From: Selaginella moellendorffii
Taxonomy: Eukaryota > Plantae > Lycopodiophyta
Reading direction: 5' to 3'
Assembly (NCBI RefSeq): GCF_000143415.4
Contig: NW_003314314.1
Location: 997,771-1,061,770 of the forward strand
Length of the DNA: 64,000 nucleotides
Numbering within the stretch: the first letter of the stretch is position 1; every line of letters begins with the position of its first letter. The translations under genes and the position numbers were made by a program. The notes under the pieces are model-generated. The model was not told the origin of the DNA and did not search any database. It saw nothing but the letters and a program-made list of their open reading frames with translations. Shown piece by piece: positions 36,552 through 48,800 of this stretch.

Positions 36552-38474
36552 TCAGTGCATTTGAAGCACATTTGCTTCATCGAATTCAAGCTCTTCATCT
36601 CTGTTATTCGAGACGGATTTTCCAGTGTCAGTATACGTGTTCGCCAGCAACACGAAAGCCGCAGCGTCCTCCTCGTGTGCTAGAGCGGATTTGGCCGCCA
36701 TAGCCCCTCGAGCAGTGTCATTGAAACTTCGACACGCACCGAGAAAGCATCGCCACTCGAGGCCGTCGGGCAGGAAGGGCATGTTGGCGATGAGATCTTT
36801 GGCATGCCGCAGATGCCCAGCTCGTCCCAGCAGATCCACCATGCACCCAAAGTGCTGCTTCGTCAACTCGACGTGGTAGTCCATGCTAATCGACTGGAAC
36901 ACAAACTTGCTCGTTTTCACGTTTCCTGCTCGACTGCAAACCAAGAGAACAAGCACCAGGCTCGTGTCGTCGCACACCTCCGTCATTTGCATCGTGTGAA
37001 ACGTCTCCAAAGCCTCGGAATGATGGCCGGTTTGGGTATTTGCTGCAATCAGAGCGTTCCATGTAGCGGTGTTTCGCTCGGGAAGTCTGGCAAACATATC
37101 CCTTGCAAAGTGTAGATGACCCTTTTGGGCATAAGCAGAAAACATAGCGTTCCACGACACTATGTTCTTCTCAGGCATTTGATCGAATAGCTGCTTGGCT
37201 TCTTCTAGACAACCACATTGCGCATAAGCCGCCACCATTCCAGTCCATAGTATGATCGTGTGCTCTTTCAGGCTTTGGAACAAAATTTTGGCTTCGTCCA
37301 TATACCCGTTTTGGGCATAAGCAAATAATAAGGCACAGGCAGAGATGAGATCCTTCTCAGGCATGCTTTCAAACAAGCACCTAGCCTCCTCGACTTTCCC
37401 GCTTTCGGCGTAGGCGGCAATCACTGCTGTCGACGACACTACGTTGTGCTCCGGCATCTTTTCGTAAGTTGTGATGGACTCCCGCAGATATCCGCTTTGC
37501 GAATATCCCGCCACCATGGCGTTCCACGTTACCAGATTCTTCTCCGGCATTTTGCTAAGAATCTCCTCTGCCTTTTTAAGATTCCCTGCCTGGGCATATG
37601 CCGAGAGCAGAGCATTCCAAGATATCACTTCCCACTCGGGCATCTCATCGAATACTCCCTGGGCTTGCTCTAGATACCCATCACCGGCATATGCTCCAAT
37701 CATAGACGTCCAGGCAACGAGATTCCTTTGAGGCATCTCTCTAAACATTTTCTTAGCATGGTCTAGATGCTCGTTCTTAGCATATGCCACCAGCATTGAC
37801 GTCCACGATACCATGCTCCTCTGCGGCATTTTATCAAACAAGGCCTTAACTTCTTGAAGATTCCCATCCTGAGCATATGCAGAAATAAGCGCGTTCCAGG
37901 AAACGGGATCTCTCTCAGGCATCTTGTTAAACAGACGTAAGGCATCTTCCAGATGCCCGTTCAAAGCATATGCCGCAACCATACCAGTCCAAGACACAAG
38001 ATTCCGAAGTGGCATGGCTTCAAAGATGCGTTTGGCCTCTTCCACTTGCCCACTTTGGGCATATCCAGTCAGCATTGCGGTCCAGGAAATAAGATTCCTC
38101 TCTGGCATGCGATCAAAGAATTGCTTTGCCAGAGAAAGATTCCCATTCTGGGCATATGCTGCCATCGTAGCAGTCCACGACACCAGTGTCCGATCTGGCA
38201 TTGTGTCAAACAGCAGCTTGGCTTCGTCTAGCTGACTGTTTCGTATGTATACGGATATCATAAGATTCCAGGAATAACAGTCTTTCTTGCCGAGAGCATC
38301 GAAGATCGCTTTGGCTTGCTTTAAACCCCGGCATTTCCCATAGGCTTCGATGAGCTTGTTTGTGAGGAACAAATCGTGAGATCCAACTCGGTTTTCTATC
38401 TTCGCGTGGAAGCTCTCCAGAAAAGGAAGAGTTTTGCAAGATTGAATCACCGCAAGGCAGTCGCGACGATCCAT
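36552..38474 (-). CDS. PLS-class PPR protein (array of ~14 31-aa S/SS motifs, P2-L2-S2, E domain, no DYW), 640 aa
   Basis: Regular 31-aa repeats VSWxAMxxAYAxxG; HFGCMVDLLGRAG; WRCFLGAC. Confidence 0.95.
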   Translation of the reverse strand: MDRRDCLAVIQSCKTLPFLESFHAKIENRVGSHDLFLTNKLIEAYGKCRGLKQAKAIFDALGKKDCYSWNLMISVYIRNSQLDEAKLLFDTMPDRTLVSWTATMAAYAQNGNLSLAKQFFDRMPERNLISWTAMLTGYAQSGQVEEAKRIFEAMPLRNLVSWTGMVAAYALNGHLEDALRLFNKMPERDPVSWNALISAYAQDGNLQEVKALFDKMPQRSMVSWTSMLVAYAKNEHLDHAKKMFREMPQRNLVAWTSMIGAYAGDGYLEQAQGVFDEMPEWEVISWNALLSAYAQAGNLKKAEEILSKMPEKNLVTWNAMVAGYSQSGYLRESITTYEKMPEHNVVSSTAVIAAYAESGKVEEARCLFESMPEKDLISACALLFAYAQNGYMDEAKILFQSLKEHTIILWTGMVAAYAQCGCLEEAKQLFDQMPEKNIVSWNAMFSAYAQKGHLHFARDMFARLPERNTATWNALIAANTQTGHHSEALETFHTMQMTEVCDDTSLVLVLLVCSRAGNVKTSKFVFQSISMDYHVELTKQHFGCMVDLLGRAGHLRHAKDLIANMPFLPDGLEWRCFLGACRSFNDTARGAMAAKSALAHEEDAAAFVLLANTYTDTGKSVSNNRDEELEFDEANVLQMH

Positions 38475-38552
38475 CGTAGAAGCCCATCATGTAATCGACC
38501 AGCAAATGCCCAAGAACATCTCCCCGCCCAGACTCTTGGATTTGAATTTGAA

Positions 38553-40718
38553 ATGGATGCGCAGGGATATGCCTCCCTGGTCAGTGCGTGCGCTAGGGCG
38601 CGCGACCTCGACACGGGAAGGCTAATCCATGCCGATCTCCTGGCGAGCCCACACTCGAGGAATCGTTTCCTCTGCAATCGCTTGATCGAGATGTATGGAA
38701 AATGCGGCAGCGTGAAAGATGCGAAGCTCGTGTTTGATGGGATCGCGAATCCAAACATCTTCTCGTGGAATTTGCTGCTGGGAGCCTACGCCCAAAACGG
38801 GCATGTCGATGAGGCAAAGCTGGTGTTTGACAGGATTTCTCGGCCAGATCTCGTGTCCTGGAACTCCATGCTCACTGCTTACGCACAGTCCGGGGGAATT
38901 CAAGAGGCAAAGTGCCTGTTTGATCAAATGCCTCACAAAGATTCCATCTCCTGGAACGCCATGGCCACGGCATATGCCCAGAATGGGAATCTACAAGAGG
39001 GGAAGAGAGTCTTTGACAGCTCTCCAAATCAAACCGTTGTTTCGTGGACGGTTATGATCACAGCATATGCACACAATGGGCAAATCGAAGAGGCCAGGAA
39101 ATTATTCGACAAGATGCCACAAAAGAATGTGGTGACGTGGAATGTTATGCTTTCGGCATATGCCCAAAACACGGATTTTGCCGAGGCAAAGAATATCTTT
39201 GACAAGATGCCCAAGCGTGACGTAGTGTCCTGGAACGCAATGTTATCGGCATATTCGCAAAACGGGCTTTTGGCACAGGCAAGGAGCCTTTTTGATGCCA
39301 TGACTATTAAAGATCCGGTTTCATGGAACATTCTTCTCACGGCATATGCCCAGAACGGGCAAATGGACGAAGCGGAGGACTTGTTTAAGCGGATGCCTGA
39401 GAAGGACGCTGCCACGTGGAACGCCATGATTGGAGCTTACGCAGCGAACGGTCAGCTTTACGAGGCGAGAGAGTTGTTTGATCGGATGACGCAGAGGAAT
39501 GTGGTCTCGTGGACGGCTATGATGACGGCGTATGCCGAGAAGGGGGACTTTAAAGAAGCGATGAGCATATTCATGGAGATGCCACAGAGAAATGTGGTAT
39601 CTTGGAATGCCTTGGTTTCGGCATATGCCCAGAAAGGATTCCCGGAAGAAGCAAAGAAGCTCTTTGATTTGATGCCTCACCACGATGTCTCGTCCTGGAC
39701 TTCCATGGTTGCGGCCTATGCCCAAAATGGACATATCGACCAAGCAAGAGCCCTGTTTGACAAGATGCCAAATCGCAATGCCGTGTCTTGGAATACTATG
39801 ATCGTCGCTTACGCAGAGGATGGCAATCTGGAAGAGGCGAAGAGATTGTTTGAGAAGTCTCCCAATCGTGATATTGTTTCTTGGAACTCTATGATCACAG
39901 CCTACGCATCAAATGGTCGCCTCGAGGAGGCCAAGGCATTGTTTGACGAGATGGAGAGAAGAAACACTGTGTCCTGGAATGCGATGATCGCGGGATACTC
40001 CCAGAACCATCGCTGCAAGGATGCTATTCTCTCGTTTCGAATGATGGACATTCAAGGCGTTCAAGCGGACGAAGTTACCTTTGCGGTGGTTCTGGAGGCT
40101 TGTGCAAATCTACACTTGCTCAAGTTTGGAAAGATCGTTCACTCGGAGATCCAGAGCCGGCGATTCAGGCTAGACAAGTCACTGCTCGGGAGTGCTCTGA
40201 TCAATCTCTATGGAAAATGCGGGAGCCTGGACAACGCGAGGAAAGTTTACGATGATCTCGGGAGGAAAGACGTGGTGGCCTTGAACTCCATGATCGCAGC
40301 CTATGGACAGAACGGGCATGTCGACGAGGCTCTCGAAACCTTCGATTCCAAGGACTTGGAAGGCATTCGACCCAACGACGTGACGTTCATAGTTGTCTTG
40401 TTCGTGTGTAGCCATGCAGGGCTCTTGAAAGATGGCCAGGAATACTTCTCCTCAATGGTGAATGACTATGGCATCCAACCTTGCCAAGAACACTATGGCT
40501 GCATGGTTGATCTCCTGGGACGAACGGGAAGGCTGGAAGGAGCCGAAAATCTCATCAAAGAAATGCCGTTTGAAGCCGACACTGTTACGTGGATGACACT
40601 GCTGGGCGCCTGTAGAGTTCATGGGGATGTTAAGAGAGCGAAGCGAGCGAGCAGGAAGCTCGATCGCTCGAGACATTCATCGCGGTATTTGCTCTTGTCT
40701 AACACTGTCACTTCATAG
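38553..40718 (+). CDS. PLS-class PPR protein (~14 S/SS motifs, P-L-S, P2-L2-S2, E domain, no DYW), 721 aa from first ATG
   Basis: 31-aa repeats; HYGCMVDLLGRTG; WMTLLGACRVHG; ends at YLLLSN. Confidence 0.95.
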   Translation: MDAQGYASLVSACARARDLDTGRLIHADLLASPHSRNRFLCNRLIEMYGKCGSVKDAKLVFDGIANPNIFSWNLLLGAYAQNGHVDEAKLVFDRISRPDLVSWNSMLTAYAQSGGIQEAKCLFDQMPHKDSISWNAMATAYAQNGNLQEGKRVFDSSPNQTVVSWTVMITAYAHNGQIEEARKLFDKMPQKNVVTWNVMLSAYAQNTDFAEAKNIFDKMPKRDVVSWNAMLSAYSQNGLLAQARSLFDAMTIKDPVSWNILLTAYAQNGQMDEAEDLFKRMPEKDAATWNAMIGAYAANGQLYEARELFDRMTQRNVVSWTAMMTAYAEKGDFKEAMSIFMEMPQRNVVSWNALVSAYAQKGFPEEAKKLFDLMPHHDVSSWTSMVAAYAQNGHIDQARALFDKMPNRNAVSWNTMIVAYAEDGNLEEAKRLFEKSPNRDIVSWNSMITAYASNGRLEEAKALFDEMERRNTVSWNAMIAGYSQNHRCKDAILSFRMMDIQGVQADEVTFAVVLEACANLHLLKFGKIVHSEIQSRRFRLDKSLLGSALINLYGKCGSLDNARKVYDDLGRKDVVALNSMIAAYGQNGHVDEALETFDSKDLEGIRPNDVTFIVVLFVCSHAGLLKDGQEYFSSMVNDYGIQPCQEHYGCMVDLLGRTGRLEGAENLIKEMPFEADTVTWMTLLGACRVHGDVKRAKRASRKLDRSRHSSRYLLLSNTVTS

Positions 40719-40967
40719 TTTTGCAAGGTTTTAGATCTTTTCCCCAATTGCCAATATCATCACCAACAAAAGCAAATGACGAGCATCACTAGAAATCACA
40801 AACAAAGCAAAAACAACAATACTTTGCCACCAACAATGCAAAAACAACACGTTGCAGAGGATGATTACCATGAGATGATGAGATTTGGCACTCATTCGCT
40901 ATTACCCATGATATAGTTGTGTGTGATCACTACACAATCAGATACACAATCAGAGAAAAAAAAATTT

Positions 40968-42476
40968 TCACCACCATTGATGAGCAAGGACCCCAGAGGC
41001 CCTGAGAGACTGGAACAAAGCCAGGCATTGGGTGTAAGTGCGATTGTACTTTGCGCTCCGCTCGCCCGGGCAACACTTTTGCCAGCGGTTGTAATGGCAC
41101 TCGAGGAAGAGCTCGTCCACCAGGCAAATCGCGCCACTCTCGATAAGCCTGGGCAGCAGCTCAAACTCCGTGCCCTCCACGTCCATCTTCATCACCACGT
41201 AGTCGCTGGGCGCCACCGTGTCCGCCAGCCAGGCAGCAAAGTCGAAGCCCTGCACCGACGTGGACGTCCGACGCGGCGCCGACGAGGACGCCGACTGTAT
41301 CCTCCCCATGCTGTCGTCGCCCGCCGTACCGAACATCAGCGTCTCGTTCCTCGTCCACGCGGCGTACGGCAGCAGCGTCACGTCCCGGCGCTTGGCGTAG
41401 CCAGCGTGGAATGCCGCGTCAGCCTCGATGGCGTACACCGTGAAGTTCCTGCCGTACGTCGGGTACGCCTTCTTGAACCAGCCGCCAATGCTGGAGCCGT
41501 ACGTGCGCGCGCCAACGTCCACGTACACGTGGCGGCTCCGGCCGTGGAAGTCCGACGTGTCGAGCAGGCGTGGCAGGTACTGGATCTTGGCCACGTTGCG
41601 CTTGAGCACTATCCACGGCTTGGCCGGCTCCTGGACGATCAACGGCTCCGCGAGGCGCATCGTGTGGCGCGAGATCTTGGGCGTACAGCTGGACGGCTGG
41701 ATCGGCCTCTTCCTCATCACTAGCTCCGTGTCTAGCCCAAACGCGTCCACCGCCCGGACTTCCACGACCTCGGATCTCTCGAAGAGCGCCACCAGCGGAT
41801 CCAGGCTGCGCAGCTGGTTGGCGGAGAAATTGTCGCCGCGGGCGTGGATGATGGCGTGGATCACCGCAATTCCCCCTGGCTTGAGCGTGCGCTCGATCTC
41901 CGACACGAATCGCGATGGCAAGAGGGCGTGATCGAAGACGTTGGAGAATTCGAAGTCGAAAGTGTCGCTGGGGAAGGGATGGCTGTGGATGTCGCCACGG
42001 ATCACCAGCGGCGGCGCCGGCACGAGATCGATGCCAGTGGAATCCACCACGCCATTCTCCCTGAGAGCGAGGACCTCCTGCCCTACCCTGGCGCCGATGC
42101 ACAGCGCCTTGGATTCCCGGCGGAGGAGATCGCGCTGGATGAGCCGCCGGAAGATTGCCCCAAACGCATCCACCTTGCGCCGCCAGTCCCTGCTCGTCCA
42201 GATCTTGCGCAGCTTGGCGTCGCTCGTCTTGCGCAGCTGGAGCTGGAGGTACTCGTCGTAGGAGGAGAAGCGGTGGCGCAGCGTGAGATCCTCGCCCGTC
42301 GCCGCGAATTCCTCCGCGATCATGAGCTGCTGCCGCGGCTGCCACTTGATCTTGGCCGCCGCCGCCGGCCGCGCCCCCGGATCATAGACGAGCTTGATGG
42401 AGAGGAAGGAGACTAGGGTAAGAATCAAGGCGAGGAAGAGGGGGCGGAGGAGAGAGCCGTGCCTGATCCACCCCAT
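40968..42476 (-). CDS. Type II membrane SAM-dependent methyltransferase-like protein (Methyltransf_11 plus FkbM-like domain), 502 aa
   Basis: N-terminal TM, ALCIGARVGQEV, FDFEFSNVFDH, ERTLKPGG, YVDVGARTYGSSIG, MKMDVEGTEF, DELFLECHY, HQWW end. Confidence 0.9.
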   Translation of the reverse strand: MGWIRHGSLLRPLFLALILTLVSFLSIKLVYDPGARPAAAAKIKWQPRQQLMIAEEFAATGEDLTLRHRFSSYDEYLQLQLRKTSDAKLRKIWTSRDWRRKVDAFGAIFRRLIQRDLLRRESKALCIGARVGQEVLALRENGVVDSTGIDLVPAPPLVIRGDIHSHPFPSDTFDFEFSNVFDHALLPSRFVSEIERTLKPGGIAVIHAIIHARGDNFSANQLRSLDPLVALFERSEVVEVRAVDAFGLDTELVMRKRPIQPSSCTPKISRHTMRLAEPLIVQEPAKPWIVLKRNVAKIQYLPRLLDTSDFHGRSRHVYVDVGARTYGSSIGGWFKKAYPTYGRNFTVYAIEADAAFHAGYAKRRDVTLLPYAAWTRNETLMFGTAGDDSMGRIQSASSSAPRRTSTSVQGFDFAAWLADTVAPSDYVVMKMDVEGTEFELLPRLIESGAICLVDELFLECHYNRWQKCCPGERSAKYNRTYTQCLALFQSLRASGVLAHQWW

Positions 42477-42545
42477 GGATCGATCGATGGGGGGAAAAGA
42501 ATCTTGGAATTGCTGTACAAACCCAGGGGGACAATTTGGAGTGGC

Positions 42546-42701
42546 CTAGCGAGCACAGAAGCGGGCGGCGGTGTGATTCCCACCCACGAGGATCAAACAG
42601 CGAGAATGAATCGACTGTAGCGGCATGATTGCTGTTCGCCTCTCAACCTCATGCCATTCACGACGACGCCGATTCCGCCACCGCCGCGCCACTCCTATCA
42701 T
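42546..42701 (-). promoter_or_regulatory. Upstream ORF (51 aa, or 26 aa from the ATG at 42626) in the methyltransferase leader; candidate conserved-peptide uORF
   Basis: Manual translation: MIGVARRWRNRRRREWHEVERRTAIMPLQSIHSRCLILVGGNHTAARFCAR*. It ends 69 nt before the main ATG. Confidence 0.65.
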
Positions 42702-43123
42702 CGCACCAACCGCCCACAAAAAGATAAAAGACCTTTCCCCCCTGCGCTACTGCAAACCCTAGAAAAACAGGAAGCCGCGTTGCCTCCTCTTTCCCCTTCC
42801 ATTTAGTTTCCGTTGACTATAACGAGAAGATTAAACATGGAAAATTCCACGGTAAAGAGTAAAAGTGAAAGGTGAAATCAAAGTTGGTAGAGTAAAAAAG
42901 CACTCCTGTTTGATCAGTACGTATAAAGAATCAACTTTCTCATCAAATACAAAGCGTCATCTGAATGCAGATGGTAGTGTCTACTACAAAGTAGAAAAAA
43001 AAGGAACACAAATCGATGATCAGAAGCATAATGCTACCGGAAGAATAATGCGAAGAGAATGAGACGAGGGGCCACAAAAAAAAAAAATTCCTGAAAACTC
43101 ACAAGCATCGCTCGCGCAGTGTA

Positions 43124-45624
43124 TCATATTAGGCCCGGATTCCCGAAAGGATTGTTTTGGAACTGTGGATTTGCATTTGGCGGCGCGGGAACACCGAAAG
43201 GATTGTGAGGATTGCGACTCATCATCTGCTGCTGCTGCTGCTGCTGCAAGAAGAGTGCCTGCTGATGTTGAGCCATGGCTGCCATTTGTACATTCGGCGG
43301 AGGAGCAAACTTGCCAGAAGCCATGAACGGGTCGTGGTTCATTGTGTCGAATGGATTCATCATCTGCGGTGGTCCGCCGTAGCTCGTCCCCGCCCCTCCT
43401 GCGTACTGTTGCTGCGGTCGTCTGGATAGCGCGTCGTCGTATAGGCTGTCAAGCGTCAGCTTGTCAAAACCACCGGCCTGTGAAACGAAGAAGCAAAAGT
43501 GTGTGTCAAGAGATACACAGAAAAGTTGCAAACAAGGTTACCATACCAGTCTGCTCGAGCTGACAGCATTCTCGTTGCTGCTGGGATTGGTCACTAGAGC
43601 CAGCTCCCAACCGGTCGTGCCACTCTGTGGTGCCCAGGCTCCATTTGACTCCGAAGTGCCATTTGCCGTTGGACCTGGCCGTATATATTTCGTTCGTTCG
43701 TTACGATGAACTGAATGCTAATCACTTACCGGAAGGAACAATGGCTAGTGCCAGCGCATTGCTTTCGTCCAATGCTGAAGGGCTTGGAGCCATCTCTCCC
43801 AAGCCCTGTGACCATGAACGGCTATGTCAATAATGAACGAGAGACAAGCCAGACAAGCCATTGCTTACCAGAAGATCATTGCTCTCGAACGCGGAGCTTT
43901 GAATTGGTTTTGGTGGTGCTGGTGCTGGTGCTGGTGGAGCTTCTGGTGCGGGTTCGTCAACAGGCTCTGGTTCTGTTGGAGCCGCAGCGATCCGATTAGA
44001 TATGAGACGTTCTCCATTATACTCGAGCTTCCAAAACAAAGTAGATTCATCAGCAATGCAACGTGCTGCCAGCTTCAGTTAGCTTACCGCAAGGTCCTTT
44101 GGTACTATAGCGAGACGAGGTGCATCTTTAACATACTCTTCCATCGTGGTCAAAAATGATTGAGGAGGCTAGAAACCAGAAAAGAAGATGTATAGTCAAT
44201 GAAGAACTCATTGGTGGATACCTGTTCAAGGGTAGGAAACTGGAAGCTCCTAGCGAGATCCAACCCTTTGCAGATTTCGTAAAATTCTGATAGCCTTTCT
44301 GCCTGTAATCACTGTGTAGATGATACTTTGACGACAACAATAAACTTGAATTTACCTGCTGCCCTGCTCTTTTGTAGACTTCCAAAGCCTTTATAGCGTC
44401 ATGTCGTTGCATCTCAAAGAACTAGAGCAGAAAGAAAAACAATTACGAACTAGAATACTACAAAGCAGATTATTACCAACCTTGTCTACAAGATTGATAA
44501 TCCCGTCATTTATTGCTCTGTAAAGCTTGAAGCTCTCTTTAAAAACCTGCGATGATTTAAAGTCATGATCAGCAACTACAAATGTTTCGGACTGAATCAA
44601 GCATACCAGACCCAAAGCGTACTGGATCACGTGGTTGCTCGTGGCAGCTCCTTCAGGCTGAATTTTTTTCAAGAATTACGGACTCGTATTTTGTAAGCAT
44701 GAATGAAAGTAAACCTGGCATCCCATAAGGCGATGCAGAAGCTGTTGTAGAGAAGGTAACTGTTCTAGTAAGTCGATTGTGTCGAGCTCCCTGGTTCTGC
44801 TGTGACCCTGTTCCATCAATGCTCACTCATTGTACCGGGGAAAACGAGTGCGAGGACTAACCGATGAGCGCTCTGACTCGACATCGTATTTCAAAATCCG
44901 AAAGCACTCGAGCCGCTCCTCGAGAAATAATGCGTAAGTTCGGACCCAAGCCGAGTAGTCCCATGCTGGTAAGTTCAAAGTATAATCAACATCTACAAAG
45001 AAGATGAACAGATTGCCTTGCGTACCGTTGGGACTAGAATCGTCCTTGAAATTGGACAGGTTGAGGATATGCGCTCGGTTCCGTGAATAATTAATGAGCT
45101 CCTCGCGAAACGTTGGATCCCCCTCTCTGAGTGTCCGGTGGATCACCATGAGCGCCTTGAGGGCTACCTGTGAGCAAAGAGCATAAGTCCCGGATTCGCG
45201 TGTTTCTCAACTACGAGCTTACTTACGGTCCAAGTGTGGGTCTTGGAGATGCGCCTGGCAAGAGCGTGAATGCAGTAGGCAACGTCTGCTCTGGGCCTGG
45301 CGGCCGAGGTGGCAAGGAAGATCGCTGCGGCGAGTAAGAAAAAAGAAATCGATTGAGATGATACAATCCAATTCATGCTAAGGAACTTGATGGCTAAATC
45401 TCACTTACTTCTGACATGCTTCTCTTTGGGAGGGCACTCGACATGATTCGTCGCCTTGACCACTGCAATGTCCAAGTCCTGGGAGGAGAGAAATCGGCAT
45501 CGATCAATCGGAGAGACCGCAAGAACAGTACCTTGAATTCGCTGTTAACCTTGGCGAGGCCGACTTTGGTGGAATCCTTGAGCGCGCCGAGAGCTTTGCG
45601 AATCGTCTTAGATCCACCGGCCAT
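43124..45624 (-). CDS. ANTH/ENTH clathrin assembly protein (PICALM/AP180-like), multi-exon
   Basis: [76 protein letters not shown], and an NPF-rich tail. Confidence 0.95.
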
Positions 45625-45821
45625 AGCTCTGAGCTTACCCTAGCGACGCGATCTAGTGACCTAGGAGCTGCGCAAATCCAATTGCGCGCTCATCCTCCCC
45701 CGCCATGCTCCTCCATGGATCTGAGACCTAAATAAAAACAAACACTCTCCATTTTCTCATTCATAAAGCCCACACTGGCATTTGGCCAGGGTTCGAGTCC
45801 TGCCCTAACGGGGGAGCGCGG

Positions 45822-48800
45822 ATGGTTCTCCATGGCTGGGCATCCGCGACGGCAGCGCTATCTCCTCCGATCACTCCTCCAAGAAGAAGAATCGATCGTC
45901 CGCCGCATTGCCTGCTGCCGAAATCCAAGCTCCGGAGCTGGCTATGGCCCCATCGGAGAAGAAAATGGAGCATCCTCGCCGGCAACAGCAGCGGCAGTGA
46001 ATTCTGGCAATGGCGCCCCGGATCGTCTCAAGCGGCAGGGAGCAGCAGCGCCAGATTGCTGCGCCTGATTGCGAGGTCAGTAGCAGTGGTGATCGTCACG
46101 ATATTGTCTGGGGTTGTGGCGCTGCGAATTCGAGGTCTAGCGCAGGATTACATCGAGACAAAGCTCTTGCCACCGATCGCGATGCTGCTTGGGGAGCGGC
46201 TTTCCAGGCAAGTGGAGCTGGGAAAAGTGGCTGGGCTTTCGCCGCTGGGAATCAGCCTTAGAGATTGCTCCATTGGGCCTCACGACCAGGACTTTTCATG
46301 CGCGCAACTTCCGGTTCTAACCATCCGCATAAATCCGGTTCGTAGCTTCCAGCGCCGCCAGCTCGCGGCAGACTTGATCTTAAGTCACCCGCATTTGCTC
46401 GTAGCACAAAGGCAGGACTGGACGTGGCTGGGGCTTCCAGCGGTTCCTCCCGAAAAGATCAAAAGGTTGCTACATGATGGTGGTAATGACGAGACTGTGG
46501 ATTCGAGGACACGAATCCGGCGGCTTGCCAGGGAATCGAGCGCGCTCAAGCAGGCTGACGAGAGGATCAAGGCGGCCCGACGCTCGGCCAACCTTGGGTA
46601 CAGGCCGGCAGCATTTGGAAACGATAACTTGGAAGCAGGGAACATAGCAGTGGGAGAAGATGGCACTGCGGCTATGAGGGGGCCTTTGCACGGTGCAAAA
46701 TCGTGGGTGAAGGAACACTTGCCTAGGCAAACTTCGTCAGCGTCGGACAAGGCTTACTTCCAGAAAAAGAATCTTCGAGCTAGCGCTGCAAAAGCTCGCA
46801 CGTTTTTCCAGAAGACAGGCGGAGCTCCGGTTGGCAGCCACCGTATTCCACCCTCGATGTCGCAATCTTACAAGACTACAGAGTTTGAGCGAGCCCGGAA
46901 CAGTAATGCTGTTGACTTAACGAGGCAATCGTCCACAGCAGCAGCAGTTGACGATCTCCAGCAGGACGGAAAGTCGAGCACAAGTCCCGTGACCATTGAG
47001 TCTGTTTACATCAGAGATGGAACCTTTCTACTACTTGCGTTTGGCGACAATGAACCAAGGTAGGAGAAACGGCACTTTATTTTTTTCTTTTAATGCTGCT
47101 GACGCTTTCTCTTTTGATCTTGACTTAGAGTCCTGGATCAGTTTAATGGGCGTGTCGACTTTGCTAGTGACTACCAAGTTATAGACGCGCAAGTGTCTGG
47201 TGTTCCGAAAGTTTGGAGACGACCCGCGTCAGAGCATGATGCAGGGTTGCTAAATGTGGTCGTCCATTCTGACATTAAACAGCAACAATGGGACGTCAAG
47301 ATCAAAGCTCGAAATCTTTTTGTTCCAGTAAGTCCATTGCGTTTTCTTGTTTTTGTCCTGACGCGTGTGCTTCCCTTAGCTTGTAGAGAGGTTGCTTGAG
47401 CTGCCAATCGATTTTTATAGTGGAACGGCACACGGAGAGGTAGTGCCCGATCATATGCCAGCTCATTGACCTGTTTTTTTTTGCAACGTAGGTTCACGTT
47501 AGAATGAACAATGAAGACAATTTTCCTCAACTTGGTGGTAAGGTGGATATAAAGAATGTCAGCTTCAAAATCGTGGAAGCTCCAGCTGCATTCAAGGTAA
47601 GGTAAGGGTGGTGTTCCTGTCTCATGAGGAGTTTTCTTTCTTTTTCTTCGTCTTTTTTCCTAAAATTATCTACCTTCAGGAAGTAAATGGAACAATATTT
47701 CTACAAGGGCAGCGAGCTTTCCTTCACAATACTAGTGGTCTATATGGTAAAATTCCCGTCAATGTTTCAGGAGACATGGACGTAAATCCTGAAAATGGAG
47801 AATTTCGTCTTAGCTGTCAGGTATTTTGGCACCACTAATAAGTTTCTATCTATTTTCACTTTTTTGCAGGTTCCTGGAGTGGAAGTGAACTCTCTTATGA
47901 CCACACTCAAAGTCCGTCCGCCTCCTTTTCCAGTAAGCTTGGAATAGATTTTTCTGTTGGTATGTTATAACATGGATGTATCAAAGGTTGCTGGCGCCGT
48001 CAAGGCTGTGGTGTACTGTCGTGGACCCTTGGATGCGCCAATATTTGAAGGAAGTGCTGAAACGTTAAAGAACCGAACGGATTTGACATTCAATGCATCG
48101 CCTTCTAAAGCTATCGATTCAATCCGAAACAACCTTCACAAAGGTGCAGCAGCTGCTTACGATAACGTTGCTTTTACGATGGCTTCTGGAAGTTTTACTT
48201 TCGATACCGATGGTGCCGTGAGTATTTGCAAGCACTTGTTTTCTCAACCTGGCTCTTCATCTTGACAGACGGCAAACATATATGGAATCAGAGCGACGCC
48301 AGTCGGTGGAGGAGAGATTCGCGGTGCGGGCGATATGTGGATCTGTCCTGAGGTAACAGTATTGCATTTTCATTTCAACTTTCACACTTGTAATAAATCA
48401 GGGCGAAATTGATCCAACGGCCATAAGGATCGATTGTTCAGGATACGTGATGATCAATGATATTATTGGAAGCTACACAACTAATGAAATGAAACTGCCG
48501 CTTTTTGGCGCGATGCACGGGGAAGCTAAAGTTCGTGGATCACTTCAAATGCCGTAAGTGTCACTCATACGGAAAGTATGACTTTTACGTTTTTTACAGG
48601 GTATTTGACATCAAATGGGTTATGCCGGATGCAAAGGGATCATTCACCGGATCACGAGGGGATATTTCTATATCGGACGAAGCCATTGTCTTAAATTCCT
48701 CTTCATTTACTTTTGACGTGAATTCTAAGATGTCTACGGTACCGGTTGCAGTCAGAAAAAATAAGAGTATACCGACTCTAGAAGGCTTAGAGCTCGACGC

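Noticed and set aside
40917-42416. Several long overlapping ORFs across the methyltransferase (and likewise across the kinase at 22247-23250)
   Set aside because: High-GC alternative-frame artefacts with low-complexity Arg/Ala/Pro products.
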